DNA from: an uncultured bacterium
GTDB lineage: Bacteria; Patescibacteriota; Microgenomatia; Levybacterales; UBA12049
Assembly (NCBI GenBank): GCA_963826535.1
Contig: CAWGXL010000011.1
Coordinates: 384,809 to 448,808 of the forward strand
Direction of reading: 5' to 3'
Length of the DNA: 64,000 bases
This document shows positions 30,276 through 41,555 of this stretch, piece by piece. The translations under genes were made by a program, and so were the position numbers. Under the pieces are notes generated by a model. The model saw only the letters and a program-made list of their open reading frames with translations, was not told where the DNA came from and ran no database searches. Every line of letters starts with the position of its first letter. The stretch's first letter is position 1.

Positions 30276-30578
30276 TTACTTTTTTGCGGTTTTCCAAAGG
30301 TTGTTGAATAGATTCAGGTATCCATGTACAAGTGCGGGGTTTCTGATTTTTATGGCGGTTACGGGGGTATGAGAGTCAGAGTAAATTATGTTGAGTACGG
30401 TTTGAGCTTCGGGGTAAATGTGGACTCCTGCAGGATTTTCGGTTTCATCAGGGAGATAGCGAACACTGTAATAAGCAAGATTTTGAATGTCGGGTTCAGT
30501 ATGGAATCTTTGTAGCACGTATTGCCGAACTGGAGCAAGAATTTGGTATTGGCAAAGGTGGGGGATGTTTGAATTCAT
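30276..30578 (-). pseudogene. Probable gene fragment resembling a TrmB-type regulator C-terminus
   Basis: VRYLP...HIY...AIKIRNP.L......LFN.LW..AK with no N-terminal HTH. Confidence 0.4.
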
Positions 30579-30663
30579 GGCTGCCGATAAGTGAGGATGT
30601 TACAATCAGGACGTCGCATATTTTTGGGCTGCTTACATTTATGCGATGGTATAAAATATATTT

Positions 30664-31497
30664 TTGTTAACAATGATTATGGATTTTGAATTTTTTTCAA
30701 AAAACGGGAAAGTTCTTTCCGTGAAAGAGGCAACGGTTTCGCTTATGGATATTGAATATAGCTATGGATTCGGTGTATACGAAACACTGCGAGTTTCAAA
30801 GGGATTAATTTATTTTTTGTCTGATCATGTTGACAGGCTGTTTCAGTCGGCTCAGTTAATCGGCTTGGAACACAGCTTTACAAAAGAGGAAGTGAAGCGG
30901 TGTGCTGTGGAGCTCGCAAAAACAACTACGGTTTCGTCCTTTAATTTAAAAATTGTTTTAGTGGGTGGGTATTCACCAAAAGATGCAAGTTTGTATATAT
31001 TTTGCTCAAACCCTCTTTTTCCCAGTAAAGATTCTGTGCGCGAAGGAGTTTCGCTTCATACAGCAATTTATGAACGGTGGCAGCCGCGGGCGAAGTCACT
31101 CAATATGCTTCCGAGTTACGTTGCTTACAAAAATGCAAAAGGTGCGGGATGTTATGATGCTCTTTTGATAGACCATAATGGATTTATTACCGAAGGAACA
31201 AGAACTAACTTTTTCTTTATAAAAGATACGGTTATTTACTCTGCGCCGGAGAACAATATTCTTTCCGGTATAACGAGGAAGTTTGTGCTTAAGACAGCGG
31301 AAAAGATTGGTTTTGAAATCATGGAGAGAAATATAAAAGTTTCCGAAATTACGAATTTTGATGGCGCGTTTATTACCAGTACAGGTCAAAAAATTATACC
31401 TGTAAGGAAGATTGATGATTTTGAGTATGAAGAGATTCCACAAAATTTAAAAAGGCTTATGGAGGCGTTTGATGATTTTTTGGTAGGACTTCACTAA
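30664..31497 (+). CDS. Aminotransferase class IV (IlvE/PabC-like)
   Basis: YGFGVYETLR, H.DRL..SA, AKSLN, ITEGTRTNFF, ILSGITR. Confidence 0.92.
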   Translation: MLTMIMDFEFFSKNGKVLSVKEATVSLMDIEYSYGFGVYETLRVSKGLIYFLSDHVDRLFQSAQLIGLEHSFTKEEVKRCAVELAKTTTVSSFNLKIVLVGGYSPKDASLYIFCSNPLFPSKDSVREGVSLHTAIYERWQPRAKSLNMLPSYVAYKNAKGAGCYDALLIDHNGFITEGTRTNFFFIKDTVIYSAPENNILSGITRKFVLKTAEKIGFEIMERNIKVSEITNFDGAFITSTGQKIIPVRKIDDFEYEEIPQNLKRLMEAFDDFLVGLH

Positions 31498-31569
31498 CAT
31501 AAGTAGTTTTAACTTGTAGTTTGTAAAATTAGTCTGGAATTAAAGTGAGGTTTGGTGCATAATTAAATT

Positions 31570-32112
31570 ATGAATCATACGGAAAATGGTTATTTGCCGC
31601 TGCATGATACTTCCGCGTTTCACCGCAGACTTAAGAGCAGAAAACGGGTAATTAAAAGTTTTGAGGCAAAGGAAAAATCTAATAGAAAACTCGTGGAGCG
31701 AATCGCGGATTTTATGACTGCCCGATTTGGGAGTATGACGTTTCTGACTATTAATGCGGTATGGTTTGTTATATGGGTTATATTAAACACTGGATTAATA
31801 CCAGGCATCAAACCGTTTGACCCCTTTCCTTTTGGATTGCTGACTATGATTGTATCGCTCCAGGCGATTTGTTTGGCAATTTTTGTACTAATATCGCAAA
31901 ACCGGGCAGCAAGAATTGATGATTTACGTGATGAGATCGAGTTGCAAATTAGCACAATTGCCGAGGAGGAAATTACGAAAATGATGGAGTTGCAAGTAAT
32001 GCTGCTTAAAAAACACGGCATTGATGTGTCCGAAGACCGAGAGCTACAGCAGATGCTTGAGCCAACGAATACGGATACAATAGAGAGGGCGCTGGAAAAG
32101 GAATTCAGTTAA
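31570..32112 (+). CDS. DUF1003 domain membrane protein
   Basis: FDPFPFGLLTMIVSLQAI.LAIFVLISQNR. Confidence 0.9.
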   Translation: MNHTENGYLPLHDTSAFHRRLKSRKRVIKSFEAKEKSNRKLVERIADFMTARFGSMTFLTINAVWFVIWVILNTGLIPGIKPFDPFPFGLLTMIVSLQAICLAIFVLISQNRAARIDDLRDEIELQISTIAEEEITKMMELQVMLLKKHGIDVSEDRELQQMLEPTNTDTIERALEKEFS

Positions 32113-32118
32113 TAGGGG

Positions 32119-32499
32119 TTATTTAAATTTTTCAATTTTATATTTCCATCTTGCTCTTCTAATTGCATCTTTACTTGCCCCTCCGCCTCCAACCCTTCCC
32201 CCACTTCGTTTGAATTCACGAGTTAGTGACTGTTTAAACAATGGGGTTACAAGCTCTCCTTGTGAAGTGTTTCCGGTGTGATTTCTTAGAAGAAATGGCT
32301 TTCTTTCTGCTAGGCCAATGGGTTCTCCGTTCAACCTATTTCCGGGAACAAATTTAGATAATGCTGGAGTTGCTACACTTTTTATTTTAGGAACATCGGA
32401 CCTTCTTTCTGCCGGGCCATAATTGCTGCGGTTTCTTGGACCATATTTATTACGGTTTACCGGAAAAGTTCTACTTCCTTCAAAAGATTCCTTACTCAT
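32119..32499 (-). CDS. Hypothetical basic protein
   Basis: 126-aa ORF downstream of the recombinase; no motif. Confidence 0.5.
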   Translation of the reverse strand: MSKESFEGSRTFPVNRNKYGPRNRSNYGPAERRSDVPKIKSVATPALSKFVPGNRLNGEPIGLAERKPFLLRNHTGNTSQGELVTPLFKQSLTREFKRSGGRVGGGGASKDAIRRARWKYKIEKFK

Positions 32500-32522
32500 A
32501 AAAATAATTTATCATAGAATGT

Positions 32523-33383
32523 TTATAGTTCGCTGAGGCTTGTGGTGTCTTTGGCGCGGTCTTGGACGTAGCTGAGGTAGCGTTCTGTGGTTGATAGGCG
32601 TTTGTGGCCGAGAATTTTGGAGAGGAGGATGAGAGAGACGCCGTGCTTGAGGTGATGAGCGACAAAAGTGTGGCGAAGATCATTGACTTTGGCATTTTCT
32701 ATACCGGCTATGCGGAAGTAGCGTTCGATGGCGGTGCGGATATTGCGAACCAGGAAAGGCTTGCCGGATTTGGTGACAAAGACATGGTCGTCCTGAACAT
32801 TTGGTCTTACCTGTAAATATCTAGCGAGGGCCTCTTTGGCTGATTTGTTGAGAGGGACTAATCGCTCTGTGTGTTTTTCATGAGGACGGATAAGAATGTT
32901 ATCGCTTTTTGCATCAGTGGTTCTAACATCAGCTAACTCACCAATGCGTATACCTGTTTGCAGAAGTAATTCTATGATGGCATACATTCTGGCGTCGTTA
33001 CGGGCTGCGTCGCGAAGAGCTCTATATTCAGTCGGTTTGAGAATACGCGGAGTAGCTAGTTCGTAGTGCGGGTGGGAAACTAAGAGCGAGGGGTCATCGG
33101 TTACATACTCGTTCATTTTTAGGAAGCGATAGAATGTACGGGTAGAATTGAGTTTGCGGGAAAGAGACTTGGGAGTATAGCCCTTATTGGAAAGTTTACC
33201 TAAAAAGGCGTTAATATCATCTTTGCTGATATCGTGGATATGGTGCTTATCTAACTCTTCGAGGAATGATGCCAGCTGATCAATGTCTTTTCCATATGCC
33301 AGAACAGTAGCAGTTGAGTGCTTTTTACCTTTAAGGAATTCTATGAATTGTTTATGGGCATTTCTGATTTTTTCCTCTTTCAT
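32523..33383 (-). CDS. XerC/XerD-like tyrosine recombinase
   Basis: SAM-like N-terminus, TGIRIGEL, DLRHTF, LGH.RLSTTERY. Confidence 0.9.
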   Translation of the reverse strand: MKEEKIRNAHKQFIEFLKGKKHSTATVLAYGKDIDQLASFLEELDKHHIHDISKDDINAFLGKLSNKGYTPKSLSRKLNSTRTFYRFLKMNEYVTDDPSLLVSHPHYELATPRILKPTEYRALRDAARNDARMYAIIELLLQTGIRIGELADVRTTDAKSDNILIRPHEKHTERLVPLNKSAKEALARYLQVRPNVQDDHVFVTKSGKPFLVRNIRTAIERYFRIAGIENAKVNDLRHTFVAHHLKHGVSLILLSKILGHKRLSTTERYLSYVQDRAKDTTSLSEL

Positions 33384-33459
33384 AACTTAGAGATCCTATA
33401 ATATCAATTAATTGGCTTATAGTCAAGCAGTAATATACAGGATATAATTATAATACATT

Positions 33460-33810
33460 ATGGTCATAAAGAAAATAGTGTTTTTTGTCGTTATTATTTT
33501 TTCGCTTTTTGTGATTAATGACTTAGTTCATTCGATATATAATTTGTGGCAAAAGAATGATTTAATAGAGAAGTTTGAGCTTGCACTCGGAATGGAGAAA
33601 AAGAAGAATATTGAGATGAAAGAGAGGCTAAAAGTGGTAACACAGCCTCAATTTATTGAGAAGGAGGCAAGAAATAAATTGTTTATGGCTCGCCCTGGGG
33701 AGGGGATTGTTGTTGTTGCGCCGACAGTGTATATGCAAGCAAAATCTACTACAAAGCGACATGTTGACACACGTCCTAACTGGCAACAATGGTGGGAGAC
33801 ATTCTTTTAG
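33460..33810 (+). CDS. Septum formation initiator (FtsB/DivIC-like)
   Basis: TM helix, coiled coil, FIEKEARNKLFMARPGE, PNWQQWW. Confidence 0.85.
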   Translation: MVIKKIVFFVVIIFSLFVINDLVHSIYNLWQKNDLIEKFELALGMEKKKNIEMKERLKVVTQPQFIEKEARNKLFMARPGEGIVVVAPTVYMQAKSTTKRHVDTRPNWQQWWETFF

Positions 33811-33947
33811 ACTTACGACGTATGACTTAAGACTTAAGATTTAAGATGTACGAGGAAGTGGATTTTTGCAAATTTTCTTACTTCGCTAATTCATACTTAT
33901 TAACCTGCTTTTACAATGGCTTTTTAGCATGAATAGGGTGGTTAATG

Positions 33948-34124
33948 ATGGCTAAATATGGGAAGAAGGCTCAAGAGTTGGTTAAAGAAGCAATGCATAA
34001 GATGAAACGGGGGAAGTTGAAGTCGGGAAATTCGGGTATGAAAGTAAAATCAAGACGACAAGCTATTGCCATTGGTCTTTCTGAGGCAAGAGAAAAAGGA
34101 GCAAAAGTGCCTAAAATGAACTAA
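33948..34124 (+). CDS. Small basic protein, DUF6496-like (absent from the ORF track)
   Basis: Manual translation: MAKYGKKAQELVKEAMHKMKRGKLKSGNSGMKVKSRRQAIAIGLSEAREKGAKVPKMN. Confidence 0.85.
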   Translation: MAKYGKKAQELVKEAMHKMKRGKLKSGNSGMKVKSRRQAIAIGLSEAREKGAKVPKMN

Positions 34125-34212
34125 TTGATGAGAATTCTGTAAAGAGAGTTTCAGGCACGTTGCATGCGTAAATCTTCGAAGAGATGAAGATATTATTGGG
34201 CTTTATTGCTAT

Positions 34213-35346
34213 TTGATGCCTGGCAATGTTTATGTTATAATGCCCAACAATATGGCGGAACATACCGAAAGGAAGGGACGACCACAAGAAATGTCTCCAG
34301 TGGAATGGGTTAGAGGAACTACGCCAAATGAATTAGTTACAAGGGATTTTTCTCGTCCTACAATATTTAATGACCGAACGCTTGTCGCAGCAGTAGAAGG
34401 CGGCGAAATTGGGGTCGGAGTTTTTGCGCTTCCGCCAGTAGATACTTCTAGTAGTAAATTTTGGGAGGGATTAATGCGAAGCCTTGGTAGGCGAGGTGAA
34501 GAGGCTCCTAAACCACAACCAACTCGTTTACGAATAGAAGCAAAAATACCTTCAGACGAAGCTATAAGAGGTGAACATGCACCTATAAGTATTTTACATC
34601 CTCATGTGGTAATGGAGGATGGTACCAGATATGGAATTGGTGTTATGATACCAAAAGGAATGATTGGGCAATGGTCAGAGCCTAGAGAGCGAATGGCTGA
34701 AGGCTCATATTTAAGAGGAGAAAGGGAAATATATAAACAAAAAAAATCTGTAGCGGTTTTGATTCGTGTGGATGGGGAACATCCACTTGCAGAGCAGGAA
34801 GTGTCACTACATGGGAGAAAAACGGCTCGACATGAAATGTTATTGGGCATTCCTGATCCACAGCCAGATTCTCCAGATGATATATTTGTAAGTATTTCAA
34901 GCAGAACTGTTAATAGAAGAGATCTTAGCGGTAAGATTCCAAATGTAGGCGATACTACTGGCATAAAAGCCGAAGTATCAGATCTAGTATTCCATACGGT
35001 CGCGCAAGCTGGTACTGATGAAAATACAATACTTGATAAAAAAGGATTGGTTCAGGTAGTTGTAGCAGGTATCATTGAGGATGAGGTAATTGAATTAATA
35101 CATGAGCCTGTTGTAGTTCCATATAGTCCAAGAGAGGATATGTGGGGTGGACAATTAAAATCTATGGGTGTGCCAGCGCGTGGGTCAACAGTGAGGGGTG
35201 AAACAGAGTTCTCAAATACAAGAAAGGAACAAGTATCAGTGAGTACGGTAAAAGATGTTAAGCCACTAGCGGTATTCAACCTTGCTCTGGTTGGTCATGG
35301 TGGTCCAGTAACTGCTGAGATGACTGAGGCTCCAATATCTGCATGA
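34213..35346 (+). CDS. Hypothetical protein
   Basis: 377-aa ORF, no motif; start uncertain. Confidence 0.75.
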   Translation: MMPGNVYVIMPNNMAEHTERKGRPQEMSPVEWVRGTTPNELVTRDFSRPTIFNDRTLVAAVEGGEIGVGVFALPPVDTSSSKFWEGLMRSLGRRGEEAPKPQPTRLRIEAKIPSDEAIRGEHAPISILHPHVVMEDGTRYGIGVMIPKGMIGQWSEPRERMAEGSYLRGEREIYKQKKSVAVLIRVDGEHPLAEQEVSLHGRKTARHEMLLGIPDPQPDSPDDIFVSISSRTVNRRDLSGKIPNVGDTTGIKAEVSDLVFHTVAQAGTDENTILDKKGLVQVVVAGIIEDEVIELIHEPVVVPYSPREDMWGGQLKSMGVPARGSTVRGETEFSNTRKEQVSVSTVKDVKPLAVFNLALVGHGGPVTAEMTEAPISA

Positions 35347-35563
35347 AGAAGACCTCGAAAAATAGTTTGGCCTAAAGAATCAGTCTAATTGTTTATCTAT
35401 TGCCGGGGTTGGAGGAAATTGTAAGCGAAATTAATATCCAAAATTTTTGTATATTTATACGTGTTTTAGCTTAATTATGCAATCTAAAGTTATTTTTTAG
35501 TAAGTGAGCTTATAGTGGTTGACATATTAATTATGCAGTAATATAATCCATGATCTAATATTT

Positions 35564-36196
35564 ATGAGTGAAAGACTAAGAAATCAATCAGAAAATTTTG
35601 TAAGAAAAGCAACTGTTTTAGTTGGTGAAGTTATTCGTGTTGCGCCAATAATGGCGGGAACTGGATATTTTGCTTCAGAAGCAATAAAGTCAGCCTCAAA
35701 CGGTAAATTTGGAAAAGCCGGATTTGAAGGGTATTTAGCATGTATTTTTCTTAGTGCAGAATTAATACTGAGAAAGGGAGAAAGAGAAAGGGCTGTAGAT
35801 TTTGGATTTCAGGCTGGAGCAGAGTTAGTAATGGAACAATTGAAGAGTAGAGGGCAGATGGGTGCAGTGGAAATATCAATCAAAGCACCACCTGAAGGGG
35901 AGCCTTTCTATCGATCTTTAGATGGAGGTCTTGAAATACATAACCCAATGGAATTAATGCAAAGGATTGGATCTAAAGAAGGGGCAGCTGTAAGGATAGG
36001 AACAATACTTCAGCATGCAGATAAAAGAGCACTTAACGAGAAAGAAATTGAATATTTGAGACTTGTTCAAGCAGGTTTGAATATGTTACCTCAGGTAAAA
36101 GAAACTTTTTGCGAAACTGGAGGAGAAGTGTTTGATAGAATGGATAGCTTAGTGTCTGAGTACGAGAAAAAGCGCAAAGGATCACAAGAGCAATAA
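35564..36196 (+). CDS. Hypothetical protein
   Basis: 210-aa ORF preceded by TTGACA...TATAAT. Confidence 0.7.
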   Translation: MSERLRNQSENFVRKATVLVGEVIRVAPIMAGTGYFASEAIKSASNGKFGKAGFEGYLACIFLSAELILRKGERERAVDFGFQAGAELVMEQLKSRGQMGAVEISIKAPPEGEPFYRSLDGGLEIHNPMELMQRIGSKEGAAVRIGTILQHADKRALNEKEIEYLRLVQAGLNMLPQVKETFCETGGEVFDRMDSLVSEYEKKRKGSQEQ

Positions 36197-36358
36197 TTTC
36201 AAGTCAAGATATAACATATCAATAAGTGATCTTCATATTTGGCTTCAAACGAGTATATATTCTATTTCTTTTTCGAAGCGTAAAAGAGGGTTGAACCTAA
36301 TGATTTGGTTGTTAATTCAATAAAAATGGAGACTTATTATGCCTCCATTCCAAGTGTG

Positions 36359-36611
36359 TTGCGGGGCTAGGAGTTGAACCTAGCCTGTGAGATTATGCAT
36401 CGGTTGCTCCGATTACTCGGAGTGTCGGACTATATCATTCCCGATTAAATCGGGATTCAGCGTATAGTCTCTACGGGTTCTCGCCTAGGCGAGTCTTCCC
36501 TCGGTATTGCCCAGCTAAGCTGGGTTTCACCGATATAGCTGAATTCTCTGTTATATGTTGCCATATAAAGGGCCCATTTTGAGCCTCACGTGCGCCGTAC
36601 ACTACCCCGCG
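36359..36611 (-). tRNA. Initiator-type tRNA-Met(CAT) split by a group I intron (exons 36611-36582 and 36397-36359)
   Basis: Joined exons give CGCGGGG-TA-GTGT-ACGGC-GCAC-G-TGAGG-CT|CAT-AA-TCTCA-CAGG-CTAGG-TTCAACT-CCTAG-CCCCGCA-A, with the C1:A72 mismatch of initiators. Confidence 0.9.
36398..36581 (-). ncRNA. Group I self-splicing intron, 184 nt, no ORF
   Basis: Exon ends in U paired to G in P1 (GGCU/GGCC); P3 ATTCAGC/GCTGAAT; P7 elements GTAGAGACTA and GATATAGTCC; terminal G. Confidence 0.92.
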
Positions 36612-36680
36612 ATATTATTTTCATTATTATAACAATTGATTCATTCAAGGTCAAATGTTATACTTTTACCACTAAAATAA

Positions 36681-36752
36681 GCCAACGTAGCTCAGTGGTA
36701 GAGCAATCGTTTCATAAGCGATCGGTCACAGGTTCGAATCCTGTCGTTGGTA
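36681..36752 (+). tRNA. tRNA-Met(CAT), elongator type
   Basis: GCCAACG/CGTTGGT acceptor stem, ATCGT-TTCATAA-GCGAT anticodon arm. Confidence 0.92.
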
Positions 36753-36822
36753 CTATGCTTTGTAAAGCAAAACAAATGTAGATTAGTAAAGGAGCTCGCG
36801 GGAGGCGAGTTTTATTTTAATT

Positions 36823-38259
36823 ATGATTAAAGATTGGAAAAATAAAAAAGTTGGGATTTTGGGATTTGGTTTAGAAGGATTGTCTTCAGCTCGGTTTTTG
36901 TATAATAAAGGTGCAGAGATTTGGATTTTAGATAAAAAGAAAAGCGAAGATTTTGCACAAGATTTTTTAGCATTGGGAAGAAAGATAGCAAAGGGATCAG
37001 TTTTGGGAGAAAACTATCTGGAAAATTTGGGAACTTATGACGTCATTGTGAGAAGCCCGGATGTTAAGAGAAATATGAAGGAACTGATAGCTGCTGAGAA
37101 AAAGGGAGTGGAAGTAAGCTCGCATATTAAGATATTTTTTGATTTATGTCCAGCAATGATAATAGGGGTAACGGGCACCAAAGGCAAAGGAACGACTACT
37201 ACTCTTATTTACGAGATGCTTAAGAGAAGCGAGCGGGATGCTTATTTGGGTGGGAATATAGGAATACCGCCCTTGGATTTTCTGGATAAACTTACAGAGC
37301 AATCTGTAGCTGTACTAGAATTGTCCAGCTTTCAGCTTGAAGATCTGCATAAGAGTCCTGCAGATGTTAAAGCTTTGGCGGGTAAGCCTCATATTGCGGT
37401 GATGCTGATGGTGGTGCCTGAACATTTGGCTCGCGATAAGTTTGGAAACCAGAACTACCACGAGACAATGGAAGAGTATGTGGAGGCAAAGCGAAATATT
37501 TTGCGCTTCCAAAAAACTTCGGACTACGCGATTTTAAACCGCGACTATATTCCTACTAATGAATCGGATATTCATACGCTGGGAAAAGTTTTTTTTATCA
37601 CGCGGGAAAGAACGACAACTGAGCAAGGGACTTTTGTGAAGAATAAGGCGATTTGGATGCGGATACAAGGTACGGAGTGGAAGATTATAGATACTGATAA
37701 AATCGCGCTGATAGGGAAACATAACTGGGAGAATGCGGGCACAGCAGCAATGGCGGCTACTTTGGGAGGCGCCAATAGAGAGGATATAACTTCTGTTTTG
37801 CGCATGTTTAAGGGCTTGGAGCATAGATTGGAATTAGTGAGAGAAGTTAAGGGAGTGAAGTATTATAATGATTCTTTTTCTACTACGCCTGAGACGGTGA
37901 TTGCGGCTATTGAAGCTTTTACACAACCTGAGATTTTGATATTGGGCGGATCGAGTAAGAAAAGCGATTTTGGTGAGTTGGGAAAAGTTATAGCCAAGGC
38001 TAAGAATATTAAAGCAATTATAGGGGTTGGGAAAGAATGGATGCGGATAAAATCCGTACTGAAAACTAAGAACTTAGCACAAAGAACATTATTGGTTGAG
38101 GGGGCGAGGGATATGAAGACGATTGTGGCAGCGGCGGATAAAATTGCCAGGAGCGGAGATGTTGTTTTGTTGAGTCCGGGGTGCGCGAGTTTTGGAATGT
38201 TTAAGAATTATAAAGACCGCGGGGAGCAGTTTAAAAGAGAAGTGGAAAAGCTAAACTAA
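36823..38259 (+). CDS. murD: UDP-N-acetylmuramoyl-L-alanine--D-glutamate ligase
   Basis: GVTGTKGKGTT, GGNIG, ELSSFQL, LEHRLE, YYNDS, LLSPGCASFGMFKNY.DRG. Confidence 0.96.
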   Translation: MIKDWKNKKVGILGFGLEGLSSARFLYNKGAEIWILDKKKSEDFAQDFLALGRKIAKGSVLGENYLENLGTYDVIVRSPDVKRNMKELIAAEKKGVEVSSHIKIFFDLCPAMIIGVTGTKGKGTTTTLIYEMLKRSERDAYLGGNIGIPPLDFLDKLTEQSVAVLELSSFQLEDLHKSPADVKALAGKPHIAVMLMVVPEHLARDKFGNQNYHETMEEYVEAKRNILRFQKTSDYAILNRDYIPTNESDIHTLGKVFFITRERTTTEQGTFVKNKAIWMRIQGTEWKIIDTDKIALIGKHNWENAGTAAMAATLGGANREDITSVLRMFKGLEHRLELVREVKGVKYYNDSFSTTPETVIAAIEAFTQPEILILGGSSKKSDFGELGKVIAKAKNIKAIIGVGKEWMRIKSVLKTKNLAQRTLLVEGARDMKTIVAAADKIARSGDVVLLSPGCASFGMFKNYKDRGEQFKREVEKLN

Positions 38260-38286
38260 TTGTGTTTTAATTGGGAAAATTAAACT

Positions 38287-39192
38287 ATGACCTTTCTTGA
38301 AAAATACGAGCTACTTAAAAAATCTATTCCTGTTCCGGCTGTTAATGCCAGCTCGTCTGTTGACTGCGATTATACTGATTTTGTCGATCGATGCAAGAAT
38401 TGCTACTATGCCTTCGATGCGTATTATCTTGAAAACAATATTTATACATACTATGGAGCATATAACAAAATGTTATTAGATTGTCATGGAATGGGTGAAT
38501 GTGAGAAATGTTATGAAAGTGCCGACTGTACCAAATGCCACAGCTGCACTTATTTAATAAACTGCAATAGCAGTAGTGACTGTCATTTTTCAGCCTACCT
38601 AAATTCATGCAATGATTGCTTCGGTTGTGTTGATTTAACTCATAAAAAATATTGCATATTTAACCGTCAATATACAAAGGAGGAATACTTCAAAAAAATT
38701 GAAGAGCTAAAAACAGAAAATCCAAAGAATTTACTAGAGCAAATGTCAGATCTCGAACGAAAGTTGCCGCATCCTGCAACTTACCAATCCAATAGCGAAA
38801 ATTGTCCATACGGTAATAATATTTATAATTCAAAGAATTGTTTTTGGTCTTTCAATACATATTATTTTGAAAACTCGGGCTATTCTTATTATGTATCATA
38901 CGCAAAGAATTGTTGGGATGTCTCTGAATTTGGAGGAAACCCGGGAGTAAAAACAATTTCGGAGAGATGTTATGAGAATTTAAATACAGAGACTTGTTAC
39001 GATTGCACATTTCTTGTGTCAAGCAAGAGTTGTACAAACTGTCATTATAGTAATCAGCTTATAAATTGCTCTGATTGTTTCGGCTGTACCGGGCTAAAAA
39101 ATAAAAAATATTGTGTTTTAAATAATCAACTAACGAAAGAACAATACGAACAAGCCCTAAGAGAGATTAAAAAAGAGTTGGGGTGGAAATAA
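38287..39192 (+). CDS. Cysteine-rich repeat protein, paralog 1
   Basis: Two blocks of CxxC repeats, each ending CxDCFGC..L..KKYC..N.Q.TKE.Y. Confidence 0.85.
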   Translation: MTFLEKYELLKKSIPVPAVNASSSVDCDYTDFVDRCKNCYYAFDAYYLENNIYTYYGAYNKMLLDCHGMGECEKCYESADCTKCHSCTYLINCNSSSDCHFSAYLNSCNDCFGCVDLTHKKYCIFNRQYTKEEYFKKIEELKTENPKNLLEQMSDLERKLPHPATYQSNSENCPYGNNIYNSKNCFWSFNTYYFENSGYSYYVSYAKNCWDVSEFGGNPGVKTISERCYENLNTETCYDCTFLVSSKSCTNCHYSNQLINCSDCFGCTGLKNKKYCVLNNQLTKEQYEQALREIKKELGWK

Positions 39193-39216
39193 AAGTTTTT
39201 GTAGCCTTTGAATTAA

Positions 39217-40482
<1,266 letters not shown>

Positions 40483-40531
40483 ATTAGGTTTCTGCGTTGA
40501 CTATCTTATAATAATAAGTTAAAATGCTTTT

Positions 40532-40963
40532 ATGGGAATTGAAACCAGGGCAGCTTTTTTAGCAGCAGTTTTATTTACTATTCCTGCTGAAGGACAGGGG
40601 CAAATAGTGGAGAAACGGAAATTATTAGATTGTGAAAATGGGGTTATTGAGGGGTATAAAGAGTCGCAACTTAGAGGAAACGAAACTGTAACCGTAGGTA
40701 AAGTACGTTTATGGTCTGACGGAAATGGCGGGGCAGTTATTGAGGGTCTGGGGAGGGAGATAAAAGTAGGAGAGAATCTAAAATTATCGGATGCGCCTAA
40801 TGCTATTATTATTCCATCTAATCGAATAGTTTTTCAAGACGGTGAGGAGAGGTATGATGTAAAAATATGTAAAGCAGTGCCAGAAGAGCCGCCATATACA
40901 ACAATAGAAATAAGTGCATCCTGTCAACCTGAAATAAAAAATAAACCCCGGTTAAACCACTAA
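40532..40963 (+). CDS. Hypothetical secreted protein
   Basis: Signal-like N-terminus and its own TTGACT/TAAAAT promoter. Confidence 0.65.
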   Translation: MGIETRAAFLAAVLFTIPAEGQGQIVEKRKLLDCENGVIEGYKESQLRGNETVTVGKVRLWSDGNGGAVIEGLGREIKVGENLKLSDAPNAIIIPSNRIVFQDGEERYDVKICKAVPEEPPYTTIEISASCQPEIKNKPRLNH

Positions 40964-41063
40964 CGAAATAAGTATAGCAAAATATTAGAATCATTTTTTG
41001 AGTTCAACAATATAAATTATTATGTTGTATTGACGTCTTATAATTATGTGTTAAAATGCTGTT

Positions 41064-41555
41064 ATGAGTATAGAGAGGAGAGGGAGCGCAGCTTTAGTTG
41101 CGGGACTAACTTTATTTTCTCCTAGTGGAGGGGCAGAGCAAACAGGAGGATCGCAGAATGGTGGAGGGGCAGAGCATATAATTGGATCGAATCATTTAAA
41201 TTGTGCAAATGGGGAAGGAGTAGAAAGCATAACCAGGCAAGTTCGTGAAGGGGGTAATTTGGTTATAGGTCAAGGGCCTAATCAATTAATGAATTTAAAA
41301 AATATAAATAATGAAAAACTTCGCGTTTCTTATACAATACAGGGCGATAAACGCGATTCAATATTTGATTTAGATGCTGAAGGTAAAGCAAGATCAATAG
41401 AAACCGGTGCTGCTTGGGTTATGGGTGTATATTTAGACGAAGGGGGTATGGGGTATAATGTGACATTTGGACCAAAGGACCAAGGCGGACAAGGAGAGGC
41501 AAAAAGCATAGAGGTAAAAATAGATTTAAAATGTCCCTGGGTTAAACCGGGATGA
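41064..41555 (+). CDS. Hypothetical secreted protein
   Basis: Signal-like N-terminus; upstream DNA resembles that of the 40532 gene. Confidence 0.65.
   Translation: MSIERRGSAALVAGLTLFSPSGGAEQTGGSQNGGGAEHIIGSNHLNCANGEGVESITRQVREGGNLVIGQGPNQLMNLKNINNEKLRVSYTIQGDKRDSIFDLDAEGKARSIETGAAWVMGVYLDEGGMGYNVTFGPKDQGGQGEAKSIEVKIDLKCPWVKPG

Noticed and set aside
32523-33383. Prophage or island integrase
   Set aside because: It looks like a short housekeeping Xer-type recombinase, with no phage genes or att repeats nearby.
36590-36781. Short ORFs overlapping tRNAs (also 10041-10256 and 29109-29327)
   Set aside because: They are incidental frames across tRNA genes.
38287-39192. Diversity-generating retroelement acting on the Cys-rich paralogs
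   Set aside because: No reverse transcriptase and no template/variable repeat pair with adenine-specific differences are seen.
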